NCBI GenBank assembly: GCA_964458565.1
Contig: CAYWJO010000001.1
Location: 32,001 to 96,000 of the forward strand
DNA from: an uncultured archaeon
GTDB taxonomy: Archaea; Asgardarchaeota; Thorarchaeia; Thorarchaeales; Thorarchaeaceae
Direction: 5' to 3'
Length of the DNA: 64,000 bases
Shown piece by piece: positions 1-10,600 of the stretch. The notes beneath the pieces are model-generated. The model had not been told where the DNA came from and searched no databases. It saw only the letters and a list, made by a program, of their open reading frames with translations. A program made the position numbers and the translations under genes. How positions within the stretch are numbered: the stretch's first letter is position 1; the number at the start of each line of letters is the position of its first letter.

Positions 1-28
1 AAGAAGTTTTTCTTCTGGCTGTTTGGAC

Positions 29-1618
29 TTAATCCCTTTTGATGGCCTTCGCTTCTAATAACCCAGGACTAAGTACACTAACTACGCGTACCGTCAATAG
101 AGTCCCAGGAGAATATTCACCCCGAACTGTCATCAAAGGTCCTTCTCCCAAGGGATAGAACATTGTGTACTCTTTCTTAGCCCAAGAGGGCTCTGATGCT
201 ACAGCTCGTAATTCTTTACCAATATATTCATCCTTTTTACGTCGGTTTATTCGCTGCGCTTCTTCCTGCATCTTCTGACCAAGTAAATAATCTCGCTTCG
301 GTTCAGGAAAATCCTGAAATGCTGAACCAGGCAGGGCTCGAAAGCCATAAAGTATTATTCGTTCTGCACCAGATTGACTGACTGACCTCATTAATTTCAC
401 TGATTCTTCAACAGTTTCGGATGTTTCCCCTGGAAGACCAAATATAAAGTAGACATATGGAGACATACCGTATTCTTTCGCTAATTTCACTGCACGGAGA
501 ACATCTTGAGGGGATCCGCACTTCCCAATACTCTCCGCATGTTGAAATGAACCGGTCTCAAGACCTATGTTAGGTGATGTAGATGGCAATATCTCCGATA
601 ATAATTGAGCGACATGTTCTGAGAAGAGACACGCCTTAATATTCTCAATTGAGAGATGAGCTTGGTCTTCTTGAAACCATGGAAGTGCAGTGATGGTCTC
701 AAGTAAGGTCCTAATATTTGTAGTATTTGCAGGAGGGGAGCAAGGGTCAGTAAGGAGAGTTTCACTGCGCTGGAAATCCAAGAAATCTGGGGATTCCAGA
801 ACGATTCGTCTTGCACCTAATGTGAGCAACTCTTCAACTTCATTGACAATGGCCTTAACTGAACGACTTCTAGGAGCACCCCAAGTTCCTGGCACAGAGC
901 AAAAACCACAACCAGGAGGTATATCCTCAGGACAGTTGACGCGGTCACCAAAATTGGGCGAGTCACAGTTTGAACAGTCACTACACTCTCTACCATCAGG
1001 AAGAGGTAATCGAGTTCGTTTGAAATTTGAACAACCCCGAGTCACTTCAACGTAGATTCTACTTGCTTGATATCCTTGATAATCAGTCACTCTCACCGTC
1101 GAGGGGATAAATTGGTCGGACATCTCTTGAGAGGTCAAGAAGGCTCGTCGTTCTGTAATCCTAACTCCGTCCGAATCTAGAAATCCAATTCCTGGTATCA
1201 AGTCGAGTTCGATATCCTCGGAGAGAAAATTTAAAGAGAGCAATTCATTCAATGTGGACTCACCCTCTCCAATTATCATAACATCGGGTTTGATCTGCTT
1301 GACAATGCTATGATCATTTGCAATTGGTCCACCTAAGAGTGTTCGACCCCGTTTTCTAACATTACTCCATTTTCGGACGAGCTGGTTTACAATAGGAACA
1401 TCCATTGTCATCGCACTGATTGCAAGATGGTCGAAATCTTTCATGCGAGGTTTTCTGACAAAGTCTTCCGCCCTTATTATTCGACATTGAACTGAGTGTA
1501 ATTCAAAGACGCCTGCTATTGCTCTAGGTCCACATCCAATTGAGTCACGAGAACTAGTCCTCTTTCCATGTCCTGCACTTAATGCATCTACAATGAGAAC
1601 CGATTCAGTCATTTTCAT
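29..1618 (-). CDS. Radical SAM protein with B12-binding-like N-terminal domain and TRAM-like C-terminus (archaeal COG1031-like)
   Basis: EVTRGC...GCGFC split cluster motif, SR..IV.EV motif, GLETGS, YFIFGLPGET; LLGGP..GEGE N-domain. Confidence 0.8.
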   Translation of the reverse strand: MKMTESVLIVDALSAGHGKRTSSRDSIGCGPRAIAGVFELHSVQCRIIRAEDFVRKPRMKDFDHLAISAMTMDVPIVNQLVRKWSNVRKRGRTLLGGPIANDHSIVKQIKPDVMIIGEGESTLNELLSLNFLSEDIELDLIPGIGFLDSDGVRITERRAFLTSQEMSDQFIPSTVRVTDYQGYQASRIYVEVTRGCSNFKRTRLPLPDGRECSDCSNCDSPNFGDRVNCPEDIPPGCGFCSVPGTWGAPRSRSVKAIVNEVEELLTLGARRIVLESPDFLDFQRSETLLTDPCSPPANTTNIRTLLETITALPWFQEDQAHLSIENIKACLFSEHVAQLLSEILPSTSPNIGLETGSFQHAESIGKCGSPQDVLRAVKLAKEYGMSPYVYFIFGLPGETSETVEESVKLMRSVSQSGAERIILYGFRALPGSAFQDFPEPKRDYLLGQKMQEEAQRINRRKKDEYIGKELRAVASEPSWAKKEYTMFYPLGEGPLMTVRGEYSPGTLLTVRVVSVLSPGLLEAKAIKRD

Positions 1619-1825
1619 CCCAACTCGTCAGAGATTACTGTAAAAATACTACGAGGTGGCACTTATATGGGTCACCTACGCGTACTGAAAAACTCGATGC
1701 CTATATCTCTCTTCTTGATGCTACACACCAGCTATATGCGTTTTGAGGGATTATAGACAGACTTTTTAATTCTAATTCTGCTTACTCTACAATACTTAGA
1801 CCGAATTTAAGGAGTAATCAGCTTA

Positions 1826-2170
1826 GTGAGTACAGACGAAGGTGGCATATGCCCAAATTGTGGGTTACCTACGGACTTGTGTGTCTGTGAAACAATTGCA
1901 CAAGAGGAAGCCCGAATTACTGTGACTGTTGAACGTAGAAAGTGGGGACGCCTCACAACCGTTGTTGAAGGTTTTGACAAGAATATCGATCTTGGAGACC
2001 TAGCGACCAAGCTAAAAGGCAAACTTGCCTGTGGTGGGGCTGCAAAACATGGACATATTGAACTTCAAGGAGACCATCGTGGAGTAATCCAAGGTGTTCT
2101 TGCAAAACTTGGATTTCCAGAAGAAATGGTCCATATCGACTGGACGTTTATGTCAAAAAGAAGAAGGTAG
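1826..2170 (+). CDS. Translation initiation factor aIF1 (SUI1/YciH)
   Basis: CPNCGLP.DLCVCE, LK.KLACGG, IELQGDHR; SD GGAG upstream of GTG. Confidence 0.95.
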   Translation: MSTDEGGICPNCGLPTDLCVCETIAQEEARITVTVERRKWGRLTTVVEGFDKNIDLGDLATKLKGKLACGGAAKHGHIELQGDHRGVIQGVLAKLGFPEEMVHIDWTFMSKRRR

Positions 2171-2270
2171 TCCAAGAGATAAATCGCATGGGACCTCACT
2201 TCAATCGAGGTTTCCGTGTGATGTCTTTACAGACTATTGTATGAGGTATGCCTTTAATTTCTCTAGAAAT

Positions 2271-3236
2271 TTAAGCTAGATTCAGTGAGTCAATACCCAG
2301 TTTTTTGACTAGTTCTTTATATCGATTCCTCACGGTTACTTCAGTGACACGTGCAACCTCTGCAATCTCTCTTTGAGTGCGACGTTCATCCATCATGATG
2401 GATGCTACATAGATAGCTGCGGCTGCAAGACCAAGAGGGTCGCGTCCAATCGTAAGACCAAAGTCGCGACTACGCTCGAGGAGCTCAACGGTGCGCAACT
2501 GAACAGGGCTTGAAAGCCTCAATTCTGATGCAAATCGAGAGATATAATCAACTGGGTTGCTCAAAGGCACTCGCACATTCAAACTGCGAAGTAACAAACG
2601 ATAGCACTGTCCAAGTTTCTTTCTATCGACACGTGATGCATCTGCAACCTCATCAAGAGGGCGTGGTTTCTGGCGAATCCTACAGGCAGCATAAAGCGTG
2701 GCTGCTACCATCGCCTCAATTGAACGACCTCTAACCAATTTCTTGATGATAGCCTTTCTATAGAGCAGAGCTGCTAATTCGCGTATGGGTTTTGGTAATC
2801 CAAGTTGCGATGAGAGACGTTCAAGTTCGGACATTGCCTGCGCCAGGTTACGATCCAAAGAGCTATGTACTCTCGAGCGTATCTGCCATTTTCGAAGGCG
2901 ATACATCTTCGATCGACTCTCTGGACTTAATTTTCTACCAGCAGTATCGCGATCTTTCCAGTCAATAACTGTTGAAAGCCCCTTATCATGTACAGTATAT
3001 CTCATTGGAGCTCCAACTCTACTACGAGCATCTGATTCTTCTGCGCTGAAAGCTCGCCATTCTGCACCTGAATCGATTCTGTGATCAGAAAGAACTAGAC
3101 CACAACTGGCACAGACCCGCTCCCCGCGCCGTGCATCGTCCACTATGGATTTACTTCCGCATTCAGAGCAGGCAACAATTTCTGCTGATATAGAACTATC
3201 CCTTTTCTCCGGTGCAACCCCTCTTGATTGATCCAC
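2271..3236 (-). CDS. tfb: Transcription initiation factor IIB (TFB)
   Basis: Zn ribbon CSECG..C..CG, ID.GAEWRAF B-reader, two cyclin repeats ending VTEVTVRNRYKEL; start moved to GTG at 3236 behind GGAGGT SD. Confidence 0.95.
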   Translation of the reverse strand: MDQSRGVAPEKRDSSISAEIVACSECGSKSIVDDARRGERVCASCGLVLSDHRIDSGAEWRAFSAEESDARSRVGAPMRYTVHDKGLSTVIDWKDRDTAGRKLSPESRSKMYRLRKWQIRSRVHSSLDRNLAQAMSELERLSSQLGLPKPIRELAALLYRKAIIKKLVRGRSIEAMVAATLYAACRIRQKPRPLDEVADASRVDRKKLGQCYRLLLRSLNVRVPLSNPVDYISRFASELRLSSPVQLRTVELLERSRDFGLTIGRDPLGLAAAAIYVASIMMDERRTQREIAEVARVTEVTVRNRYKELVKKLGIDSLNLA

Positions 3237-3399
3237 AATCGGACCTCCACGCATTAAGCCCGAATCGAACTGTCTGAAATCACGGGCCAGTCGAAGAATC
3301 AAGGGACAGTCTCACGGACTTGCTCATTAATTACAGTAACTTATGCATTTAATGATTGCGGGATTGATTTTTTAGCTGATTCAATTCGGGTTTTTTGAA

Positions 3400-4338
3400 T
3401 TAAGTAGTCTGTTCATGACCCTTTTCTGTGATTATGACAGTGTGCTCAGATTGAGAAACAAACTCACCCTTTTCTTCAGCAAGAATATGATGGCCAATTA
3501 AAGCACCGTTCTTCTCAAGCTCCCTAATTGCCATTTTTAGTGTGGCATGCTTCATTTTTTCTGCAAGCCAACGCTCTGCAAATGGAAATTCTTTGTACTC
3601 CTTTCTTGCGATACCTAGAAATTGTTTTGTGCCTTTGAAACGTACAGGGACTCTGATTGGTAGAAGTTGATAGATAAGTGGGTTTGGAAGGTCTGTTACA
3701 TTTCCACTACCCGTACTAGCGAAGGTTTCAATCGCATATACCTCACCTTCCTCAACGAGAACTTCAGATTTTCCTGAAATACAAGGCACCTGCTTCTCGG
3801 AGTGCAGTTCATACTGATTGAGTTGGTGACCAGATAATTGTTTTATGGGTTCAAAACCATAACTCTTGATTGTGTCCTCAATCAACGCTCCTATTGTATT
3901 CAATTTGGCACCAGGTCGCATCATGCGTATTGCAATTTTCGTGGCCTCCTCTGATGCTTTGACCAAGTCCGAATGATCAGGATTAAGAGCGATAGTAAAA
4001 GCACTGTCAGAGATATAGCCATCAACATGTGCTCCAACATCTACTGTAACTAGGTCACCTTCTTGTATGACCGTTTCATCATTCAAAGGAGAGGTATAAT
4101 GTGCAGCGATGTTGTTCAATGCAACATTGCATGGAAATGATGCACCAGAAGAATTTTCGAAGATGTGTTTTTCAGTTGCTTCAACAATATCTAATACCTT
4201 CGTACCAGGTTCGATCATACCTCTAGCAATATCTAGAGCTTCTTTTGCCACAATACCGGCTTTTCTCCATGGTCCCCATTCATCTTCATTACTGTCATCA
4301 GTAGATTCTTGTGGTTTTTCTTCAGGCATTTCATTCAC
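3400..4338 (-). CDS. map: Methionine aminopeptidase type II
   Basis: AAHYT, DVGAHVDGYISD, LSGH, YAIETFAS, SQSEHT motifs. Confidence 0.95.
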   Translation of the reverse strand: MNEMPEEKPQESTDDSNEDEWGPWRKAGIVAKEALDIARGMIEPGTKVLDIVEATEKHIFENSSGASFPCNVALNNIAAHYTSPLNDETVIQEGDLVTVDVGAHVDGYISDSAFTIALNPDHSDLVKASEEATKIAIRMMRPGAKLNTIGALIEDTIKSYGFEPIKQLSGHQLNQYELHSEKQVPCISGKSEVLVEEGEVYAIETFASTGSGNVTDLPNPLIYQLLPIRVPVRFKGTKQFLGIARKEYKEFPFAERWLAEKMKHATLKMAIRELEKNGALIGHHILAEEKGEFVSQSEHTVIITEKGHEQTT

Positions 4339-4387
4339 CTAGAAAACTTGCAATATTTCGCCTCTGTATATGAGTATAAAGGATTCG

Positions 4388-4786
4388 TTAAAGGACCTTC
4401 TCTATTTGCGTAGCAATGCGCGACATCATGAAGAATAGATATCCAAGGTTGACTTTCTTGTTTGTCAGAACAGAAAGGAGTGCATCTTCTCCTGCACCGG
4501 TAATAATCACATAACCGGTTTCACCCTCAATCAGCATTCTAACCAATGAGCCACGTTTCAGTTCTTTGAATACTTTGGCGGTGGCCATTTGAATCTGCAT
4601 AGATCGACCAGAAACTACATCTTCATCCGGAATTAGACTTGTATCAATATCATCAGGGTAGTAAGAAAATATTGGAAGTCCTTGAGACCGGGAGATGATA
4701 AGGCTTACCTGAATATTCCCTTGGGAGGCTCTACTAAGATCAACAAGTAACTCATGAAGCATTTCAGTCTTTGAGGACAAGGTCAT
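4388..4786 (-). CDS. Roadblock/LC7 domain protein
   Basis: ELKRGSL.RMLIEGETGYVII..AG.DALL.VLT...NLG.LF pattern typical of roadblock/MglB. Confidence 0.85.
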   Translation of the reverse strand: MTLSSKTEMLHELLVDLSRASQGNIQVSLIISRSQGLPIFSYYPDDIDTSLIPDEDVVSGRSMQIQMATAKVFKELKRGSLVRMLIEGETGYVIITGAGEDALLSVLTNKKVNLGYLFFMMSRIATQIEKVL

Positions 4787-4829
4787 TTTCCTCCCTAGGA
4801 TTTCTTTTGAACTTGGGGCATACGTGTAT

Positions 4830-5603
4830 TTAAACTCTCTTCGCTCCAGCTCTTTTAAGCGCTGTAACTATCTCAGCTAATCCCTTTATTTCTTTGTCAC
4901 GCATGTTCTTTTCAAGATATGTACCTTGAACAACAATCGAAGCACCAGCATCAACAGCCTCAGATACCGACTTCGCATCATTGAAACCGCCACCTGTAAT
5001 TAAGGGAATGCCAATGGATTGAGATACAGTAGAAATCATTTCTGGGGGTACACCACCACCCTCTGCACCACTACCTGCTTCGAGATAAACGAGTTTGAAA
5101 CCGAACATCTCAGCTGCCATAGCGTATGCAAGTGGTAATTTTGGTTTATCACGTGGAAATGGTTTAGCATCTCCAACCCAAGCAGCAGTCTTTCCTGGAG
5201 CAACGATGAGATATGCCATAGAGATTGGTTCTATTTTTTGCATCTTGATACTAGCTGCAGCAAGTGCCTGCGTACCAACAATGTGGTATGGATTTGTGCT
5301 GTTGAAAAGGCTCATGAAGAATATTGCATCCGCATGACTACAGATTCCGGAGATACCCCCAGGAAATAATATAGTGGGGATGTCAATTTGATCAGAGATG
5401 GCTTTTGTCGCTTCGTCAATAATGAGAAATGCAGTGCTGCCTCCAATCATTATCGCATCAGATCCAGCATCTTCAGCATACTTTGCCATTTTCCCTGCTA
5501 CTTCTGGAGTTATCGAGAATGGATCAGGATCTATCAAACTAAAATGCAATGCACCATCTGATTCAATCTTATCAGTGATATATTTCCATACCTTGCCGGT
5601 CAT
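4830..5603 (-). CDS. Geranylgeranylglyceryl phosphate synthase (PcrB family)
   Basis: HFSLIDPD, IMIGGS, ILFPG, YLEAGSGA, GGG motifs. Confidence 0.93.
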   Translation of the reverse strand: MTGKVWKYITDKIESDGALHFSLIDPDPFSITPEVAGKMAKYAEDAGSDAIMIGGSTAFLIIDEATKAISDQIDIPTILFPGGISGICSHADAIFFMSLFNSTNPYHIVGTQALAAASIKMQKIEPISMAYLIVAPGKTAAWVGDAKPFPRDKPKLPLAYAMAAEMFGFKLVYLEAGSGAEGGGVPPEMISTVSQSIGIPLITGGGFNDAKSVSEAVDAGASIVVQGTYLEKNMRDKEIKGLAEIVTALKRAGAKRV

Positions 5604-5707
5604 CAGGTGTCCTCCAAATGACTAAACCTCGGCGGTCGGCGATGCTTTTTACGGTTTTGGTAAATCCAAAAGTGGTGTCAGAAGTGATTTTGAAAAGTTG
5701 GAAACGA

Positions 5708-6337
5708 TTAGGAGCGATTCAGTTTCGGAAAAAACCTTCCAGTTCGCGAAATATAGAGTTGATATTCATCTCCAAAACTGGATATCAGGAGTCCCTCTTC
5801 TTTGAGAGCAACAATATAGTATCCAGGAATACCGATTATAGTAATAAAAGAAAGAATTGAAGGCAATAACAAGAGAACACCAACGATACACAAACAATAG
5901 GATATATAGGAGAGGTGGCGGATTCTCGAATAGGGACCTTTTACAATCAGTCTATGTTTTTCACTCATCGCGCAAGACGCGGCCATATCTTGTCTAGCAT
6001 AGCGAGACTATGAATGTAAAATCATTCCCAGAATCAGAAACAGAAACCCAAAAACCCATACTAGAAAAACAGGATTGCAAATTGTAATTATTGCACTTAG
6101 TAGCCATTCTGCTCCAAGCCAAATCCATGCTATGGGAATGAACAGAACAAGAAGAAAAAGAAGTAAAGTTGAGATGATGACCATCGCCATGGCATACGGT
6201 GGGACACTAGATGCAGGCTCACTGAAGCGAGATTTACCTCGTTGAAATGACTTCTGTAAATCAAGTTTAATGTGAAGTACGATATCAAGAAAGGCAGCTA
6301 ATGTGATAACTGGATTTAATATCGCCAAATCAATCAC
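5708..6337 (-). pseudogene. ICMT/PEMT-family membrane methyltransferase interrupted by an in-frame TAG (6008-6010)
   Basis: ORFs 6008-6337 and 5708-5986 are in one frame (LHS*SRYARQDMAAS...); C-terminal HRLIVKGPYSRIRH.SY and EE..L...FGDEY..Y...T.RFFP. Confidence 0.8.
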
Positions 6338-6477
6338 GATTAGAAAATAATTCGTCTCTTTTTCTATTCTTCCTAGTTATCTATTGTCAATTATCCTGAG
6401 CCGTAATCCTTTATTACTCAAATGTCCGCGGCGGAGTTATTCAGAGTTCAATGTTCCATTCATCCGAGGCCAGCAAT

Positions 6478-8442
6478 ATGCAAGAAAAAAGGATTGGCGT
6501 CTACCTCTGCCATTGTGGAAGTAACATAGCAGGAGTTGTTGACATAGAGAAAACAATGAAGGCTATGAAGAATCTCAAAGGAGTTGTACATGTAGAGGAT
6601 TACAAATACGTGTGTTCAAAACCTGGACAGCAGATGCTTATTGACAGCATCAAGAAATTTAACCTGGACGGAGTCGTGATTGGTTCATGTTCGCCACGGA
6701 TGCATGAATTGACTTTCAGAAACACACTTCGACGAGCTGGACTCAATCCATTTTTGTTGGAGATTGCAAATCTCAGAGAGCATAATTCATGGATACATTC
6801 CGACGAACCAGAAGCTGCAACGGAGAAAGCTATCGATTTAATGCGAATGGCGGTTGCTCGAGCTCGATTATTGGAATCTCTTGATGAACCAGAAGTTGAG
6901 ATTAAGAAAACAACCATGGTGATTGGAGCAGGAATAGCAGGGATTTCCGCAGCTCTTGATCTTGCTAATGCGGGATTCAAAGTACATCTGGTTGAGAAGG
7001 AACCCACTATAGGCGGGAAAATGGCAAGATGGGACAAGACGTTTCCAACCCTAGACTGTTCAAGTTGTATCCTCACACCGCGAATGGCAGAAGTTGGAAG
7101 TCATCCCAGCATCAATTTGTTAACCATGGCGGAGGTAGATGAAGTTGATGGCTATGTAGGGAATTTCCAAGTAACAATCAAGCAGAAACCTCGATATGTT
7201 GACATTGAGAAGTGCACCTCATGTGGAGACTGTTCTGAGATATGTCCCGTGGATATACCCTCTGAGTTTGATGCGAATCTTACCTATCGCAAGGCGATAT
7301 ACATTCCATTCGCACAGGCAGTACCCTCATCTTACTTACTAGACATGGATAATTGTCTTGGAGTGGATGCGGTACGATGTGGAAAATGCAAAGATAAGTG
7401 TGGAGCTGAGGCTATCAATTATGATGATTCTGAGAGAACCATAAATCTCACTGTTGGCACCATTATTGTTTCTACAGGCTTTGAATTATTTGATGCTGCA
7501 ATAAAGGAGGAATATGGATTCGGAATATATCCCAATGTCGTAAACATTGGTGAAGTTGAAAGAATGCTTAGCTCAGCGGGTCCAACGGCGGGGCATATTG
7601 TGAGACCCTCTGATCTCGTAGAACCCAAGAAGATAGTTTACATACAATGTGTTGGAAGTCGTGACGAGAGAACGAACAAGTACTGTTCCCGGGTGTGTTG
7701 CATGACAGCAATAAAGCAAGCACGAATGATACGGGATAAAACTGGAGCACAGATTTGGATCTTTTACATCGACCTTAGAACTTTCGGAAAAGGCTATGAG
7801 GAGTTCTATGAGTCCACCGCCTCTGCAGGAGTTCAATTCGTACGAGGGCGTGTAGGAGAGATTCTTCAAAATGATAAAACAGACCAATTGATTGTACGGG
7901 GTGAAGATACACTTCTTGGTAAACCAATCTTTCTAAATGATATAGACCTCGTTGTGCTTTCAACGGGCGTAGTATCGCCCCCTTCAGCAGACAAGGTGGT
8001 AAGGGTTTTGAACCTCAGTAAATCTCCAGACGGATTCCTTATGGAAGCGCATCCCAAACTAAGACCCGTTGACTCATTTAATGAGGGAATCTTTGTTGCA
8101 GGCATGGCACAAGGTCCTAAAGATATCCCAGACACAGTTGCTCAAGCAAAGGCTGCAGCGTCTGGTGCAATGGCACTCATGGGTAGGGGAAAAATTACCA
8201 TTGAACCATATTACTCTGTAGTTGATGAAGATCGGTGTGTAGGGTGTCAGGTCTGCATTTCTGTTTGTCCATACAATGCCATCGCTCTTAATGATAGAGA
8301 GCGAGCTGAGGTCAATCCTGCTCTCTGTAAAGGGTGTGGTACATGCACTGCAACATGTCCTAGTGGTGCGATTCGTTCACAACATTATACAGACGGTCAA
8401 ATAGCGGCTATGATTCAGGAATATCTGTCTGCTGAGGAATAA
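6478..8442 (+). CDS. hdrA: Heterodisulfide reductase subunit A (Cys form)
   Basis: IGVYLCHCGSNIAG, CSPRMHE, FAD GAGIAG, KTFPTLDC, CVGSRD, CSRVCC, ferredoxin motifs. Confidence 0.97.
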   Translation: MQEKRIGVYLCHCGSNIAGVVDIEKTMKAMKNLKGVVHVEDYKYVCSKPGQQMLIDSIKKFNLDGVVIGSCSPRMHELTFRNTLRRAGLNPFLLEIANLREHNSWIHSDEPEAATEKAIDLMRMAVARARLLESLDEPEVEIKKTTMVIGAGIAGISAALDLANAGFKVHLVEKEPTIGGKMARWDKTFPTLDCSSCILTPRMAEVGSHPSINLLTMAEVDEVDGYVGNFQVTIKQKPRYVDIEKCTSCGDCSEICPVDIPSEFDANLTYRKAIYIPFAQAVPSSYLLDMDNCLGVDAVRCGKCKDKCGAEAINYDDSERTINLTVGTIIVSTGFELFDAAIKEEYGFGIYPNVVNIGEVERMLSSAGPTAGHIVRPSDLVEPKKIVYIQCVGSRDERTNKYCSRVCCMTAIKQARMIRDKTGAQIWIFYIDLRTFGKGYEEFYESTASAGVQFVRGRVGEILQNDKTDQLIVRGEDTLLGKPIFLNDIDLVVLSTGVVSPPSADKVVRVLNLSKSPDGFLMEAHPKLRPVDSFNEGIFVAGMAQGPKDIPDTVAQAKAAASGAMALMGRGKITIEPYYSVVDEDRCVGCQVCISVCPYNAIALNDRERAEVNPALCKGCGTCTATCPSGAIRSQHYTDGQIAAMIQEYLSAEE

Positions 8443-8493
8443 GAATTTCTGACGATAAAAAGTACTATTCCAAGTTATCAGAAGTGAAAATAG

Positions 8494-9123
8494 ATGAACA
8501 AATCAGAACTGACTGTAGGTATTCTTGCGGGTGGTGAATCAACGCGGTTCAAGTCTGAGAAGGCTTTGGCAAAATTTCGAGAGAAAACGCTTGTAGCAAC
8601 AATGGTGGATATTGGCAAAGCACTTTCAAGCAATGTAATGATTGTTGCATCAAGTGAAGAGCAGAAAGCCAAACTAAATACAGTAGTAAACGCGATATCA
8701 ATAATTGTGGACCCAGAAGATTGTGTACGCTGCGCACTTACAGGTACTATCACTGCTCTTGAGTTTTCGGAAACCAAATATACCATGATACTCCCGGTGG
8801 ATACGCCACTAGCGAAAGTGTCTGTCTTACGTACGATTGCTAAACTCGTACCAGGACATGGAGCTGTAGTTCCAACGTGGCCCAACGGGTACATCGAACC
8901 ACTACACTCGGTTTACCTCTCGGAGCATGCATATGCAAAGGGTGTGGATCTGTTAGAAAAAGGGAATCTGAAAATGAGTAAATTTCTGGACACTCTGACC
9001 AATGTGCTCTATGTGTCAACAGAGGTTTTAAAACACCAAGACCCAAACTTGGAAACCTTTGCCAATATTAACACTGAAGGAGACCTTAGACATCTTGAAA
9101 ACAGTGGAAAATCTAGAGGTTAA
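8494..9123 (+). CDS. mobA: Molybdenum cofactor guanylyltransferase
   Basis: ILAGGESTRF..KAL, LPVDTP, EPLH.VY, F.NINT..DL. Confidence 0.9.
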   Translation: MNKSELTVGILAGGESTRFKSEKALAKFREKTLVATMVDIGKALSSNVMIVASSEEQKAKLNTVVNAISIIVDPEDCVRCALTGTITALEFSETKYTMILPVDTPLAKVSVLRTIAKLVPGHGAVVPTWPNGYIEPLHSVYLSEHAYAKGVDLLEKGNLKMSKFLDTLTNVLYVSTEVLKHQDPNLETFANINTEGDLRHLENSGKSRG

Positions 9124-10210
9124 GGTTTTCTAGTCTTATTCTACAAGTACCTTCATGACCTACCATACATGGACCATAAGGATTTGCCACTGTACATCTA
9201 CTACCAAACAACGAGCAATCCTCAGGTTTGGTTATACCTAAAATAACTTCATGGCAGCGACATCCGGGAAGAATATCGATTGAGTCGGTTATCGGTATAT
9301 TGAATTTAGCACGTGAATCAAATTCTTGAAACTCATCTTTCAAGTAGTAGCCGGACTTTGGAATAATTCCAAGCCCGCGCCAAGGTGCATCATCAATCCT
9401 AAATACTTCATTAAGAATTCGAATTGCGTTCAGATTGCCTTCTGGTTTTACAACACGTGTATATTCATTCTCGGAATCACTACGCCCTTCATCTATTTGT
9501 AAAAGAAGCATACGTATAGACTCAAGTACATCAAGGGCTTCAAACCCAGCTGCTACACAGGGAACACCATATTTCTTCGCTATTGGTTCATATACCCTTG
9601 TTCCAATGATAGCTGAAACATGTCCAGGTGTTATGAACCCATCAACCGCAAATCCCTCGATATTTACTAAAAGTTCCATAGCAGGGGGGATCAATTTCAA
9701 GGACGTGAGAATTGAGAAATTCTCAGGAGGGCCTCGGAGGATTTCAACAGCCATTGTTGGTGCAGTTGTTTCAAATCCAACACCCACAAAAACCACGTCT
9801 TTATCTGGATTTTTTCTTGCAATCTCGATGGCATCATTGACTCCATAGATTATTCTGACATCCGCACCAGATGTTTTCTCTTTAGAGAGTGATGATGAAG
9901 TTGAAGGGACTCGGATCATGTCACCGAATGTTGTGATGGTAACGCCAGCTTTTGCTAGTTCGATGGCCATATCAACATCCTCAGCAGAACAGACGCAAAC
10001 CGGACAACCCGGTCCAGCTACTAATTCTATACTAGAGGGAAGTAGAGTCCTAAGTCCATGTTGACTAATGGTGTCTTCATGCGTTCCACATACATGGACG
10101 ATTCTTGTGTTCCGGCCTGCATTCAATCGAGTGAGTTCATTTACGAGCGCTTGAGTATATTTCTGCAAATTTGCTCTATCATGCTTCAGCACATTGTTCC
10201 ACTCTGACAT
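9113..10210 (-). CDS. hypD: Hydrogenase maturation protein HypD
   Basis: CGTHE, GPGCPVC, GFETT, PGHVS, C-terminal Cys cluster GPCMVG.EGTC. Confidence 0.97.
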   Translation of the reverse strand: MSEWNNVLKHDRANLQKYTQALVNELTRLNAGRNTRIVHVCGTHEDTISQHGLRTLLPSSIELVAGPGCPVCVCSAEDVDMAIELAKAGVTITTFGDMIRVPSTSSSLSKEKTSGADVRIIYGVNDAIEIARKNPDKDVVFVGVGFETTAPTMAVEILRGPPENFSILTSLKLIPPAMELLVNIEGFAVDGFITPGHVSAIIGTRVYEPIAKKYGVPCVAAGFEALDVLESIRMLLLQIDEGRSDSENEYTRVVKPEGNLNAIRILNEVFRIDDAPWRGLGIIPKSGYYLKDEFQEFDSRAKFNIPITDSIDILPGCRCHEVILGITKPEDCSLFGSRCTVANPYGPCMVGHEGTCRIRLENLNL

Positions 10211-10261
10211 CTACTAAGTGATGTATAATATAAAAGAACGACTCTATAGTGGTAGGAGTAT

Positions 10262-10600
10262 TTATTCTAGAGAGTCGGCAAGAATTACTAGTGCTTCGCC
10301 AAATGAGATTGACAATTTACTCGCAAGTTCGCGAGGTGTAATATTGGGGGTTCTAGGTAAAATCTCAGTACGAATATATCCAGTAAGGTTGGAATATAAT
10401 GGACTTCTTCGAGCTGTTTCGACAAGTACATCCCACAAAATATTGGACTTGAGGTTTCTTAAGTCCATATCCTCAAATAATGAGGAACTGGGAGTGTGTT
10501 TTTTTGGAACAATTACATCTGCAGTTGGTTTGGAAAACTCATTAAATGATTTGTCATTAATCTTGACTTGTTTCAACTGTTCTGCACTCCATCCCGGCAA
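10262..10600 (-). CDS. Hypothetical protein with possible C-terminal HTH
   Basis: Fills gap, co-oriented with hypD; ITPRELASKLSISFGEA resembles an HTH. Confidence 0.55.
   Translation of the reverse strand: MPGWSAEQLKQVKINDKSFNEFSKPTADVIVPKKHTPSSSLFEDMDLRNLKSNILWDVLVETARRSPLYSNLTGYIRTEILPRTPNITPRELASKLSISFGEALVILADSLE

Noticed and set aside
6478-8442. Selenocysteine in HdrA
   Set aside because: No in-frame TGA; the position reads Cys (DCSSCILTP).
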